From positions 1-63,488 of IMG/VR virus record IMGVR_UViG_3300032144_000008: DNA of 63,488 bases; one strand, 5' to 3'. Under the pieces are notes generated by a model. The model did not search any database, had not been told where the DNA came from, and saw only the letters and a program-made list of their open reading frames with translations. Positions 26,819 through 36,100 of this stretch are shown piece after piece. The stretch comes from a virus. The stretch's first letter is position 1, and each line of letters opens with the position of its first letter. The position numbers and the translations under genes were made by a program.

Positions 26819-27606
26819 GGCGTGCCGTTTACATATACGCGTTGTGCGAGCCTTGTGGAGAGGCGGTTCGTTATGTGGGCCAGAGCACCAAGCCGGCACA
26901 CCGTTACGAGGGACACCTCAAAGAAAAGGCAAGAACTCACAAGGTTCATTGGATTCAGTCTGTGTTGGCCCAAGGTAAAAAGCCAGTTCTGAAAATACTG
27001 GACACAATAAGTGATTGTACCGAAAAACAATGGCAGAAGGCGGAGAGATTTTGGATCAATAAAATGGCGGGCCTTGGTCACAGGCTTACAAATGCAGACC
27101 CAGGCGGGATTGGCACAACGATGAGTTTTGACACCCGGAGAAGAATTGCAGAAACGCTCAAAGGAAGGAAGCGTCCAGAGATCTCCAAGATGTTTACGGG
27201 GAGAAAGGCTTCCTCGTTGGCTAAAAAGAACATGAGCAAGGCTCAAAAGAGAAGGTTTAAGAAATGGAGTTTTTCTTCAGAGGCAATCGAAAGGATAAGG
27301 CTTTCGTCAGCAGGCAGGAAGTTGAGTTCGGAACACAAGGAGAAACTCAGATTGGCAAATGTGGGCAGGGTTGTGTCTTTGGAGACACGAGCAAGATTTA
27401 GTTATTTGGCAAGAAACAGGTCTCCTGAAACTAGGGCCAAAATAAGTTTGGCGAACACAGGCAGAAAATTAACAGAGGAGCACAAAAGGAAAGTGGGGCT
27501 TAGTTTGAAGGGGCATCCTGTTTCTGACAGCACAAGAGAGAAAATAAGGCTGGCGGCCATCAGGCAACATTCTCGTGCAGGGCACAAAATGAAAGTCTTT
27601 CCATGA
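26815..27606 (+). CDS. GIY-YIG homing endonuclease with NUMOD3-like DNA-binding repeats
   Basis: VYIYAL....VRYVGQS..P..R (GIY-YIG). Has repeated x-S/T-x-E-x-R/K-x-K-I/L-S/R-x-A-x-x-G-R/K modules. Visibly more A/T-rich than the flanks. Confidence 0.8.
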   Translation: MRRAVYIYALCEPCGEAVRYVGQSTKPAHRYEGHLKEKARTHKVHWIQSVLAQGKKPVLKILDTISDCTEKQWQKAERFWINKMAGLGHRLTNADPGGIGTTMSFDTRRRIAETLKGRKRPEISKMFTGRKASSLAKKNMSKAQKRRFKKWSFSSEAIERIRLSSAGRKLSSEHKEKLRLANVGRVVSLETRARFSYLARNRSPETRAKISLANTGRKLTEEHKRKVGLSLKGHPVSDSTREKIRLAAIRQHSRAGHKMKVFP

Positions 27607-27935
27607 TGCTCAATCGCGGACAACTTTTGTTGCTGGTGTGCAACCGTTGCAAGGCGGAGTTGCCAATTGCCTTTGGCCACAACGCCGAAAACATCACCCC
27701 GGAAATCGCCAGCCAGCAATTCACCTGTCTGGGCTGGAAAACCAAGGGCAGCGTTTCGGCCTGCCCGAAGCATTCCCGGTTGCCCGCGCTGACGCCCAAA
27801 GCGGTGCTGGCCGACTTCATGAATTTCCTCAAGTTGACGGGTCGCAAGCCGATTTTGCACCCCAAAGACCTGCTCAAAGACAAGCCCAAAGAGTGGTCGG
27901 GAACCAGTGTTTTCGGGCGAAAGCAAGCGAAATGA
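27603..27935 (+). CDS. hypothetical protein
   Basis: ATGA overlap. 110 aa. Confidence 0.5.
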   Translation: MMLNRGQLLLLVCNRCKAELPIAFGHNAENITPEIASQQFTCLGWKTKGSVSACPKHSRLPALTPKAVLADFMNFLKLTGRKPILHPKDLLKDKPKEWSGTSVFGRKQAK

Positions 27936-28031
27936 AAATAAATGAAGAAAAAGCTTTTCTTTTGCCCAACCGTCAGGCATCTTTGAGTTACGGTGAACGA
28001 AAAACTGAAAAACGGAAAGAACGCTAAAATG
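27933..28031 (+). promoter_or_regulatory. copy 3 of the four-copy promoter/leader repeat
   Basis: Contains tgaaaataaatgaagaaaaagcttttcttttgcccaaccgtcaggca...gaaagaacgctaaaATGaa. Confidence 0.6.
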
Positions 28032-28226
28032 AAAATTCAAATCTCCAAAATGGAACGCTCGGAACACCAAGGCGACTGGCACGACAAACCGTTGCGTTGG
28101 CAAGCGGTTGGTCCTGATTCCGAACTTCAAAAGTTCTCAACGAAGAAAGAGGCGTCTTTGTGGGCCAAAATTCGCCGCAGGGCGACGAGTCAATTTGAGG
28201 CATTCCGAACTTACGTCGCGTCGTGA
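28029..28226 (+). CDS. hypothetical small early protein
   Basis: The ATG lies in the conserved leader (internal to track ORF 27993). Confidence 0.5.
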   Translation: MKIQISKMERSEHQGDWHDKPLRWQAVGPDSELQKFSTKKEASLWAKIRRRATSQFEAFRTYVAS

Positions 28227-28570
28227 GTGAGGCAATCAAATGGAAGGTTGGGGATTTGTTTTTCATTCCGCAATGGCCGACCAGAATTTATCGTGTTCAT
28301 CGGACACGTGGAACAGCGATTTATTATTTGGGGAATGAATACGGGTGTAATCCGCCACGAGGAATCATCAGACAAACCCACACATCAGAAGCCGTGTCGT
28401 GGGTTAAAGTTGAGCGCAATTATTCAATGCCGAGAAACGCAACAACGATGGATTTCACCCATGAAGGCAGACGGTCTCAGCGGCGTGGCGTTTGCGAGAA
28501 GTGTGATGTGCCAACCAATTGGATTGTCATGGCTGTTGGTCGTCCTGCTTATTGGTGCGGCTGTGATTGA
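28223..28570 (+). CDS. hypothetical protein with a C-terminal Cys cluster
   Basis: GTG start in a GTGA overlap. C-terminal pattern CEKCD....WCGCD. Confidence 0.5.
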   Translation: MSEAIKWKVGDLFFIPQWPTRIYRVHRTRGTAIYYLGNEYGCNPPRGIIRQTHTSEAVSWVKVERNYSMPRNATTMDFTHEGRRSQRRGVCEKCDVPTNWIVMAVGRPAYWCGCD

Positions 28571-28577
28571 TTTTTAT

Positions 28578-28704
28578 GAGCGTGTGGCGAAATGGCAGAC
28601 GCAGCGGGTTGAGTCCGTGCGAACGTAAGTTGTCTTGCTGGAGAAACGACTTCAATGATGGCAAGGCTAGTCGTCGAGAGCAGGTTCGATTCCTGCCACG
28701 CTCA
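28578..28704 (+). tRNA. atypical tRNA gene with a ~59-nt insertion in the variable region (anticodon GAG-Leu or UGA-Ser depending on register)
   Basis: 7/7 Watson-Crick acceptor stem (28578-84 with 28697-703). U8, A14 and GG in the D-loop. Canonical T-arm gcagg-TTCGATT-cctgc. Discriminator A. No encoded CCA. 127 nt in total. Confidence 0.4.
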
Positions 28705-28712
28705 TTATTTCC

Positions 28713-29627
28713 ATGAAACGCAACGTCTCAATTCAAGAATCTCCCTATGGTAGATTGCCTTCCGCGTTGGCGGTGCAAGTGGGCGACATCATTCAGTGCG
28801 ACCTCGGGATGCGGATCGTCACCGAAGTCACCGCCAAGGCCGCCACCGCCATCAAGCTGGTGGGGCTGGACCATCCCAAGGATATCGGTTTAGAAGTCTC
28901 CAAGAGCCGGATCATCGAACGGCGGGGAGCAGACGGATTGAAAGAATTTCTCCTGCGCAAACGCGCCTTGCAGGAGGAGGAACGAAGGTTGGCGCTAAAC
29001 AACCCAAACGAAGAAGAAGTTATGCCAAAAGGAATGGTCAAACTAGAGCCGGGTGACAAGCTGTGCTACGCCGGCAAGTCTCACACCGTAGTAGCCACCA
29101 CCGAACGCCGTGCGTTGATGGAAGACGCCGACGGCAAACAAGTCTGGGACAAGCGGGTAGTGAACGAGTTCATGTTCACCGACTGCACCACGTCCGCCGT
29201 CTACCGGCTCAACGAGCAGGAACGGGTCAAGCACCTGGAAAACTTTCTGGCCGCCCGCAAGCCGTCGAGCAATCAGAAATCAACCCAAACCAACGGCACT
29301 GAGGAAACTGAAATGAAAGCACGAGTGAAAGCGGGCAAGGTGGCCACTCCCAAGAAAACCAAGGCGGCTAAGGTGGCAGCCGCGCCCAAGACAACTGAGG
29401 CCAACGGCGAGAATCTGCTGTTCGGTCATCCTGTATGTGAGGCGTTGCGCGCCGCAGGCAAGGCTGGAGCCACGGTTGAGCAGGCCCAAAAGGTGGTGGA
29501 AAAGTACAAGATCAAGATGCGCAGTTCCGCCACGGTTGAGCGCAACCTGGTTTTTGGCAAGCGGGAGGTCAAGGGTTTGACCATTGCCCCGTTGACCAAG
29601 GCCCAATTGGCTGAGTTTGGCGTATGA
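28713..29627 (+). CDS. hypothetical protein with a Lys/Ala-rich histone-H1-like linker
   Basis: 304 aa. Internal segment KAGKVATPKKTKAAKVAAAPKTTE. Confidence 0.6.
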   Translation: MKRNVSIQESPYGRLPSALAVQVGDIIQCDLGMRIVTEVTAKAATAIKLVGLDHPKDIGLEVSKSRIIERRGADGLKEFLLRKRALQEEERRLALNNPNEEEVMPKGMVKLEPGDKLCYAGKSHTVVATTERRALMEDADGKQVWDKRVVNEFMFTDCTTSAVYRLNEQERVKHLENFLAARKPSSNQKSTQTNGTEETEMKARVKAGKVATPKKTKAAKVAAAPKTTEANGENLLFGHPVCEALRAAGKAGATVEQAQKVVEKYKIKMRSSATVERNLVFGKREVKGLTIAPLTKAQLAEFGV

Positions 29628-30541
29628 ACATTTACGGCGCAGGCATGGCGGGCTTGTTGGTGGCTACGGTGTTGAAGCGATTCAATCCGGTGGTGCACGA
29701 AAAACAAGCCAGTCTGCCCAACAATCACAATGCACTGTTGCGCTTTCGGTCAGACGTTGTCTCTAAGCTGACGGGCATTCCGTTCAGGAAGGTGGCGGTG
29801 GCCAAAGGAGTGGTGTGGGACGGGGAGGTCCGAACCGTTGCCACCATGGCCATGAACAACGCCTATGCCTGGAAGGTGGTTGGCAAAGTGGTGGAGCGGT
29901 CGGTGTTGAACCTGACAGGTGGAGATCGCTACATCGCTCCGCCAGACTTTGTCTCAAGGTTGGCCGAAGGCTTGGCCATTGAGTACAACTCAACTCTGGG
30001 GACCAACATCTTGTTGCGCAACGCGGACAGCGATCCGTTGGTGTCAACAGTGCCCATGCCAGTTTTGATGGGGGTTGCAGGGATTGACAATCGGCCAGAG
30101 TTCCGTTGTCGTCGGGTGTGGACCGCCACTTCAATGTTGAAGGATTGCGATGTGTTCCAGACCTTGTACTACCCAGAGGTGCAACGTCGCTATTACCGGG
30201 CCAGTATCACGGGCAACAAGTTGACGGTTGAGTACATGACCGATCCTGGAGAAACAACCGAAAACGACATCGATGAAGTGATGGATGACTTTGGCATCGA
30301 TCAACAGCCCAAGGTTGAGGTCAAGAGCCAGGAGTATGGCAAGTTGGCTCCATTGGACAACCCGCAAGTGGCACGGCAGTTCATTCTGATGATGACGGAT
30401 CGCTATCGCGTCTACAGCCTGGGACGGTTTGCCACCTGGCGACAGTTGTTGCTTGATGATCTGGTCAAGGACATATCAATCATTGAGCGGTTGGTTGATT
30501 GCAGAGACCGTTACGAAAAGGTTCTGAGAGGAGCAATGTGA
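29624..30541 (+). CDS. FAD/NAD(P)-binding Rossmann-fold protein (UDP-galactopyranose-mutase/amine-oxidase-like)
   Basis: N-terminal dinucleotide-binding motif MNIYGAGMAGL. C-terminal YSLGRFATWRQLLLDDLV resembles the GRL.tY.Y..MD tail of UGM-type flavoenzymes. Confidence 0.7.
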   Translation: MNIYGAGMAGLLVATVLKRFNPVVHEKQASLPNNHNALLRFRSDVVSKLTGIPFRKVAVAKGVVWDGEVRTVATMAMNNAYAWKVVGKVVERSVLNLTGGDRYIAPPDFVSRLAEGLAIEYNSTLGTNILLRNADSDPLVSTVPMPVLMGVAGIDNRPEFRCRRVWTATSMLKDCDVFQTLYYPEVQRRYYRASITGNKLTVEYMTDPGETTENDIDEVMDDFGIDQQPKVEVKSQEYGKLAPLDNPQVARQFILMMTDRYRVYSLGRFATWRQLLLDDLVKDISIIERLVDCRDRYEKVLRGAM

Positions 30542-31299
30542 TGAAAGTTGAATTGATGAGTTGTACCCCCGAGGCTTTAACGCTGCTGTTGAGGACCAAG
30601 GGCACCCGGCTGACGCACGAGGACGATCCGTCTAAGTGGACGCCTGCCAAGCGCCAGGAACACTTGGAATACATGCGCGATACAATCAAGAGCAGCTGGG
30701 AGTTTGTGGACGCGGTTTTCAAGATTGAAGGGGTAACCCGAGCCTTCACCCACCAGATGGTCAGGACCAGAACTGGCTCATATGCCCAGCAGGCCATGCG
30801 GGTGGTGGACGCTCGCAACCAGCCGGTGGAAGTGGCTGCTTCCATTTCTGACGATGAGGTGATGTTGGGCATTTGGGATCGTGGCGTCAAGGCTGCTATG
30901 GAAGCCTATGGCGAGTTGATTGACTTTGGCGCTCCGGCTCAGGATGCTCGTGGCATTTTGCCCACCCACATCACCACCAGCATCATGGCCAAGTTCAACT
31001 TGCGCACGTTGCACGAAATGGCAAAGTTGCGGCTGTGCACTCGGACTCAGGGGGAGTACAACTCGGTGTTTAGGGAGATGCGACGACTGTTAATTGAAGT
31101 CTGGCCTTGGGCAGCGGAGTTCCTGGAAGTCTATTGCGTTGCTCACGGGACTTGTGCCTTCCCTCGGTATGGCAAGTCAGAGTGTCCTATTTATCTTCCG
31201 GAGATGGACAACACGGCTGTGAGGGAAGCGGCAAGGACAAGGTTTTGGTCTGTCAGATACGAAGCTGCACCAATGGCCAAAGACGGAAAAGCAATGTGA
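30541..31299 (+). CDS. thyX: flavin-dependent thymidylate synthase (ThyX)-family protein with a divergent signature
   Basis: EGVTRAFTHQMVRTRTGSYAQQAMR aligns to the ThyX block ..SRa.tHqlvRHR...sqqSqRY. ARGILP and NLRTLHEMAKLR also align. RHR is replaced by RTR and the signature Ser by Ala. Confidence 0.8.
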   Translation: MKVELMSCTPEALTLLLRTKGTRLTHEDDPSKWTPAKRQEHLEYMRDTIKSSWEFVDAVFKIEGVTRAFTHQMVRTRTGSYAQQAMRVVDARNQPVEVAASISDDEVMLGIWDRGVKAAMEAYGELIDFGAPAQDARGILPTHITTSIMAKFNLRTLHEMAKLRLCTRTQGEYNSVFREMRRLLIEVWPWAAEFLEVYCVAHGTCAFPRYGKSECPIYLPEMDNTAVREAARTRFWSVRYEAAPMAKDGKAM

Positions 31300-31300
31300 C

Positions 31301-31909
31301 ATGAAACATTTCGTTTATTTGACTGTCGATCCAGCATCGGGAAGATTTTATTATGGCAAGCACTCCGGGCTTGAGTTCAACCGCAAGTATCAAGGCAGCG
31401 GAGTTTGGGTTAAGCAACAAAGGGCCAAAGGCAGAACGTTGACCACCAAGGTTGTGGCAGAGCTGGTTTCGGAAGCCGATGCATTCAAGATTGAGCGTTG
31501 CTTCATTGCCTTGGCTCGTGCCCGTCCCCTTTGCATGAACTTTGCCGATGGAGGAGAAGGACAAACATCAGAGTTTCTGCGCAAAGTCCTGAATCAACCG
31601 CACATCAAAGCCAAATTGCAGGCTGCATCCCGACGCAGCAGCGGTTGTCGTGGCAAAACTTGGAGGTTGTCCGATTCGTCGAAAGACAACCACAGGACAG
31701 CAACCACTGCTGCATGGAAAGAAGGTAGGATGCAGGGTTCAACGGGATACAGACACAACGAGGATTTCAAAATGAAAATGAGTGCAATGATGAAGAGCAG
31801 GAGCTTGTCTGACGAAACCAGAACAAAGATGTCAATTGCTGCAAAGGCCAGGGCCAAACGTGACGGCAGGATTGGCGTTGGACTTTTCAAAAATGGAAAG
31901 GCAATGTGA
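31301..31909 (+). CDS. GIY-YIG homing endonuclease (free-standing, inserted at the thyX/HAD junction)
   Basis: FVYLTVDPASGRFYYGKHS (GIY-YIG). One NUMOD3-like motif SDETRTKMSIAAKARAK. Flanked by 15-nt direct repeats ggaaa[a/g]gcaatgtga at 31285-99 and 31895-909. Confidence 0.75.
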   Translation: MKHFVYLTVDPASGRFYYGKHSGLEFNRKYQGSGVWVKQQRAKGRTLTTKVVAELVSEADAFKIERCFIALARARPLCMNFADGGEGQTSEFLRKVLNQPHIKAKLQAASRRSSGCRGKTWRLSDSSKDNHRTATTAAWKEGRMQGSTGYRHNEDFKMKMSAMMKSRSLSDETRTKMSIAAKARAKRDGRIGVGLFKNGKAM

Positions 31910-32511
31910 TGCGAGAGAAACCTTGGATTGCGGTGGACTTGGACGGCACGCTGGCCCATTACGATGGGTGGAAGGGAGTCAACCACATCGGGAAGCCAAT
32001 TGCTTATATGGTTGACTTGGTCAAGCATTGGTTGTCAACGGGCAAGACAATAAAGATATTCACGGCTCGTTTGCACGATAACGGCGATCGTAACAAGGTG
32101 ATTGCCCCGATCAAGAAATGGTGCAAGAAACACTTGGGCCAGGAACTGGAAGTCACCAACGTAAAGACCCAAGGGGTGATTGAGTTGTGGGACGACAGAG
32201 CCTTCAATGTGCCCAAGAACGGTGGCATCAATGCAGGGTCGCTGTTGGCGCAAGGGGCAATCACCTATTTCCAGCGTAATGCTTTGTACAAGGACAACTA
32301 CAAGGCATTTGGCAACCTGTTGTTGGCGTTGTTTCCGAACCAAACTCTGCCTGCTATTACCAAGGTCGAAGACGCCTCGCGGTTGAATCTGATCCTGGAT
32401 TGTCTGTGCAAGTTGCAACGCTATGCCTACAACTTTGAGAACGGCGGCCACAAGGATTCGGCGCACGACCTGATGGTTTATGCGGCCATGTTGGAGGAAT
32501 CCACCAAGTGA
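31906..32511 (+). CDS. HAD-superfamily phosphatase fused to a MazG-like/DUF1599-like all-alpha domain
   Basis: IAVDLDGTL (DxDxT) plus a small Rossmannoid core. The C-terminal half YKDNYKAFG...CKLQRYAYNFENGGHKDSAHDLMVYAAML resembles DUF1599. Confidence 0.7.
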   Translation: MMREKPWIAVDLDGTLAHYDGWKGVNHIGKPIAYMVDLVKHWLSTGKTIKIFTARLHDNGDRNKVIAPIKKWCKKHLGQELEVTNVKTQGVIELWDDRAFNVPKNGGINAGSLLAQGAITYFQRNALYKDNYKAFGNLLLALFPNQTLPAITKVEDASRLNLILDCLCKLQRYAYNFENGGHKDSAHDLMVYAAMLEESTK

Positions 32512-33155
32512 AGACAATTGTTTATGGATCCCAAACGTCGTTGGGGCAATTCTATTGCGACCATCACCAAGAGTTGTTTTGCATAGAGGGCACCCCTTTG
32601 GTGGTCGAGATGGCAACTGTCTTGAGGTCTGTTCGCGGGCGTCCAATTCAATTGGTTTGTTTGGATGGCATCAATCATTTGTCAGTGATCGGGGAAACTC
32701 CGGTTGAAGATGCAAGCATTTTGAACCGAAATGTTTTTCTGCCCTACATGCTGGTGAATGAGATGGTTGCCATGGGGCTAGGACCAATGCGTTGTGTGTT
32801 TGTGGTTTCGCAAACGCATCGCATTCCGCAGCGCACCACCTCGCTGTATTGTGCCTCCAAGGCAGCACTGGCGCATTTGATCAAGGTGATGGCTCGGGAG
32901 TTGGCATCCAAGGGGTGGATCATCAACGGGCTGGCACCCGGTAAAATTGTTGACACCAAGATGGCCGAGTTGACCGACCAACAAGTTTTGGAGTTGAGAG
33001 GATGGAACAAGACCGCTGCCGACGCTTATGCCACCAGCAACGTTCCTATGAAGCGATTCACCAACCGGGAAGAGGTTTGTGCTGCAATTGATTGGTTGAT
33101 GGCGGCACCGGATTACGTCAACGGAACGGTTGTTGACATGACAGGAGGCGCATGA
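32508..33155 (+). CDS. short-chain dehydrogenase/reductase (SDR)
   Basis: S-x12-YCASK catalytic motif, APGKIVDTKM, and C-terminal NGTVVDMTGGA. GTG start in a GTGA overlap. Confidence 0.7.
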   Translation: MKTIVYGSQTSLGQFYCDHHQELFCIEGTPLVVEMATVLRSVRGRPIQLVCLDGINHLSVIGETPVEDASILNRNVFLPYMLVNEMVAMGLGPMRCVFVVSQTHRIPQRTTSLYCASKAALAHLIKVMARELASKGWIINGLAPGKIVDTKMAELTDQQVLELRGWNKTAADAYATSNVPMKRFTNREEVCAAIDWLMAAPDYVNGTVVDMTGGA

Positions 33156-36100
33156 GCGATCCATTCGTTCACCTTCACACCCACTGCGAATACAGCTTTC
33201 TCGATGGCTTCGGCCATCCGCACCAGTTTGTCGAACGGGCCAAGACTTTGGGCCAAAAGGCTATTGCCATCACTGATCACGGCAATGTTTCGGCGCACAA
33301 GCGTTGGTACGACGCGTGTGTTGCGGCCGGCATCAAGCCTATTCTGGGGGTGGAGGCTTATGTGGTGGACAATTCCACCAAGCGCGAACAACGACATTCG
33401 TGGCACATTACGCTGTTGGCCAAGACCCTGGAGGGATATCGGAACATTCTCAAGGTTGTCACCCAGTCTTGGGATGGTGGGTTTTATTACAAGCCGAGAA
33501 CTGACTGGGAAATCCTCAAGGCTCATTCCAAGGGGGTGGTTGCCACCTCTGGGTGTCCTGGCGGACGGGTGGGCTATGGAGTGATCAAAGAGGGTTGGTC
33601 CAACAAACAGGTGGCGGCTGAACTCAAACGTCAGGCAGGAATTTTTGAGGATTACTTTGTTGAGGTTTCGCCGTGGCAATACCCAGATGGTGTCAAGGTG
33701 GCGCAGCATGTTTATGATTCGGCTCAGGCGGAAGGTTTACCGCTGGTGTTGACTATGGACGCTCACTACCCGGCTCCGGAGGACGCCCACAAGCAGGACG
33801 TGATGCTGTGCATCCAGAACGACGCCCAGTTCAATGATCCCAATCGGATGCGATTCACCCAGCAGGACTTTTGCATCAACAGTGGTGGGGAAATGGCCCA
33901 GAAGTGGGAGGCTATTCACGGGGTGCGATTGCCGATGTTGGACGAGATGATTTTCAACACCAGGAAAATTGCCGACTCGGTGGGGTTTGACTTTCCGAAT
34001 GCCACCCCGTTGGAATTTCCTCACCAAGGAGACAAGAAGGTCTTGTTGCACCAACTTTGCGAACAAGGATTGAAACGGCGCAAGTTGAAAGGACCGGTTT
34101 ATCGTAAGCGGTTGGACCACGAGTTTGAGTTGGTGTTGTCCAAGAATTTTGTGGACTACTTTTTGATTGTGGCTGACTTGATCGTTTGGGCTAAGGAGCA
34201 TGACATTCTGGTTGGTGCGGCTCGTGGCAGTTCGTGTGGGTCGTTGATGTGTTACTTGTTGCGCATCACAGAAATTGATCCCTTGGTGCACGATCTGATA
34301 TTTGAAAGGTTTATCGATGTCACCCGTAAGGATCTGCCCGACATCGATATTGATTTTGAGGCCGAACGGCGGCACGAGGTGAAGGAATACATGGCAGCCA
34401 AGTATGGCGCTGACAAGGTTGCCAATCTGGCCACTTTCGGAACGTTCAAAGGTCGGTTGTGCCTTCAGGACATCGGTCGGGTGTTTTCGGATCGCATTCC
34501 GGTGCAAGCGGTGGAGGAGGTCAAGCGGTTGATTGTTCAGCGCAGCAGTGCGGACTCGCGAGCCGGGTTCACGATGGAGGACACCTTCGTCAACTTTGAT
34601 CAGGCGGCGGAATGGTTGAAGAAATACCCAGAGTTAGGGCTGGCCAAACATTTGGAAGGCCAGATTCGTCAACTAGGGGTGCATGCAGCCGGGGTGGTGG
34701 TTAGCAACGAGCCCATCAGCAACTTTGCTGCCATGTATGTGACTAAGAACAAGGACCGGGTGATCTCGATGGATTACTCAGATGTCAGTTCTGTAGGATT
34801 GTTGAAGATAGACGTTCTGGGATTGACGGCGCTGACCGTTGCCAAGCGAACACTGGAGTTGATTAAACAGCGTCACAAAAAGGAAATTGATCTGTCTGTT
34901 TTGCCGCTGGATGATGCAGAGGTGTACAAGAATTTCTGTAAGCGTAACCTGCAGGGCATCTTCCAATTTGAAGGGGCGTCCACGCGTCAGGTGTGTCGTC
35001 AGGTGCAACCCGACTCGTTCAAGGAGATCACTGCCGTTAATGCCTTGAGTCGTCCCGGACCACTTCATTCCGGAGGCACCACTAGCTATGTTGCACGTCG
35101 GCAGGGGCACGAGAAAATTGTTCCGCTGCACCCGTTGTTGGAAGAGGTAACTCGGGACACCTATGGAATCACTATTTATCAAGAACAGGTGATGCAAGCG
35201 GTGCGCATCATGGGCAAGTTTGACTGGTCAGGCATCGCCACAGTCCGTAAGATGATGAGTAAGAAATGGGGTGACGAGGCGTTTGCTAAATTACAAGATC
35301 AGTTTGTTGCCGGTGCCACCAGCCAAGGTGTCAAGACCGATGATGCCATTTTGGTTTGGAAGAACATTTGTACATTCGGTTCTTGGGCTTTCAACAAGGC
35401 GCACAGCGTGGCCTATTCGGTGATGGCATATCAGCTGATGTGGCTCAAGACCCATTACACCTCGGAGTTCTACGCCGGGGTGATCAGCTGTGAGGACGAT
35501 GCAGAAAAACAGCGGCGAATGTTTAAGGAGTACAGCTCCACCGGGTTCAAGCTGGCACCGGTTTGCATCAACCAAAGCGGCAAGACCGTTGGTTGTGACC
35601 AAGACGGTTTGCGTTTGGGGATGGACGCCGTGGTTGGGTTGGGAGAAAAGACAACGGACACCATTGTGGCCAATCGTCCGTTCAAAAGTTATCCAGACTT
35701 CACCAAGCGTTGCAAGATTCCCAAGGGCCAAGCCGACAAGTTGCTCAAGATTGGAGCGTTTCGCAATCTAGACTTTGATTTGCTCACCGAACAACAGGAT
35801 CTGTTTGGGGCGCACCTGGCCAAGACCGATACGTTTGATTACCGTCACCCCAGCGAGAAGGACCTGCGTGAGTTTTGTCCGCTACAGGCAGAAGGCAAGA
35901 CCTACATCAAGTGGCGTGAATGGGTGGCCAAGAAGGCAACCGGAAAGCTGTGGCTGATTCGGGATCTGGACGACATTTCCGAGCGCACTGAGATTTTGTT
36001 GATTGGTTGCACCAACCCCAGCACCAGCTTCAACGCCAAGAACAAGCAGGAGGAGAGCGCCAGCCGGGGCAACACCTGGGAGCCCAAGGAGGACGAGCGC

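Noticed and set aside
28679-28704. tRNA 3' end (T-arm plus acceptor) as a phage attP core
   Set aside because: No integrase, excisionase or repressor was found anywhere. A perfectly matching 5' acceptor strand with D and anticodon arms is also present. The locus therefore looks like a gene, not a 3' fragment copied from a host tRNA.
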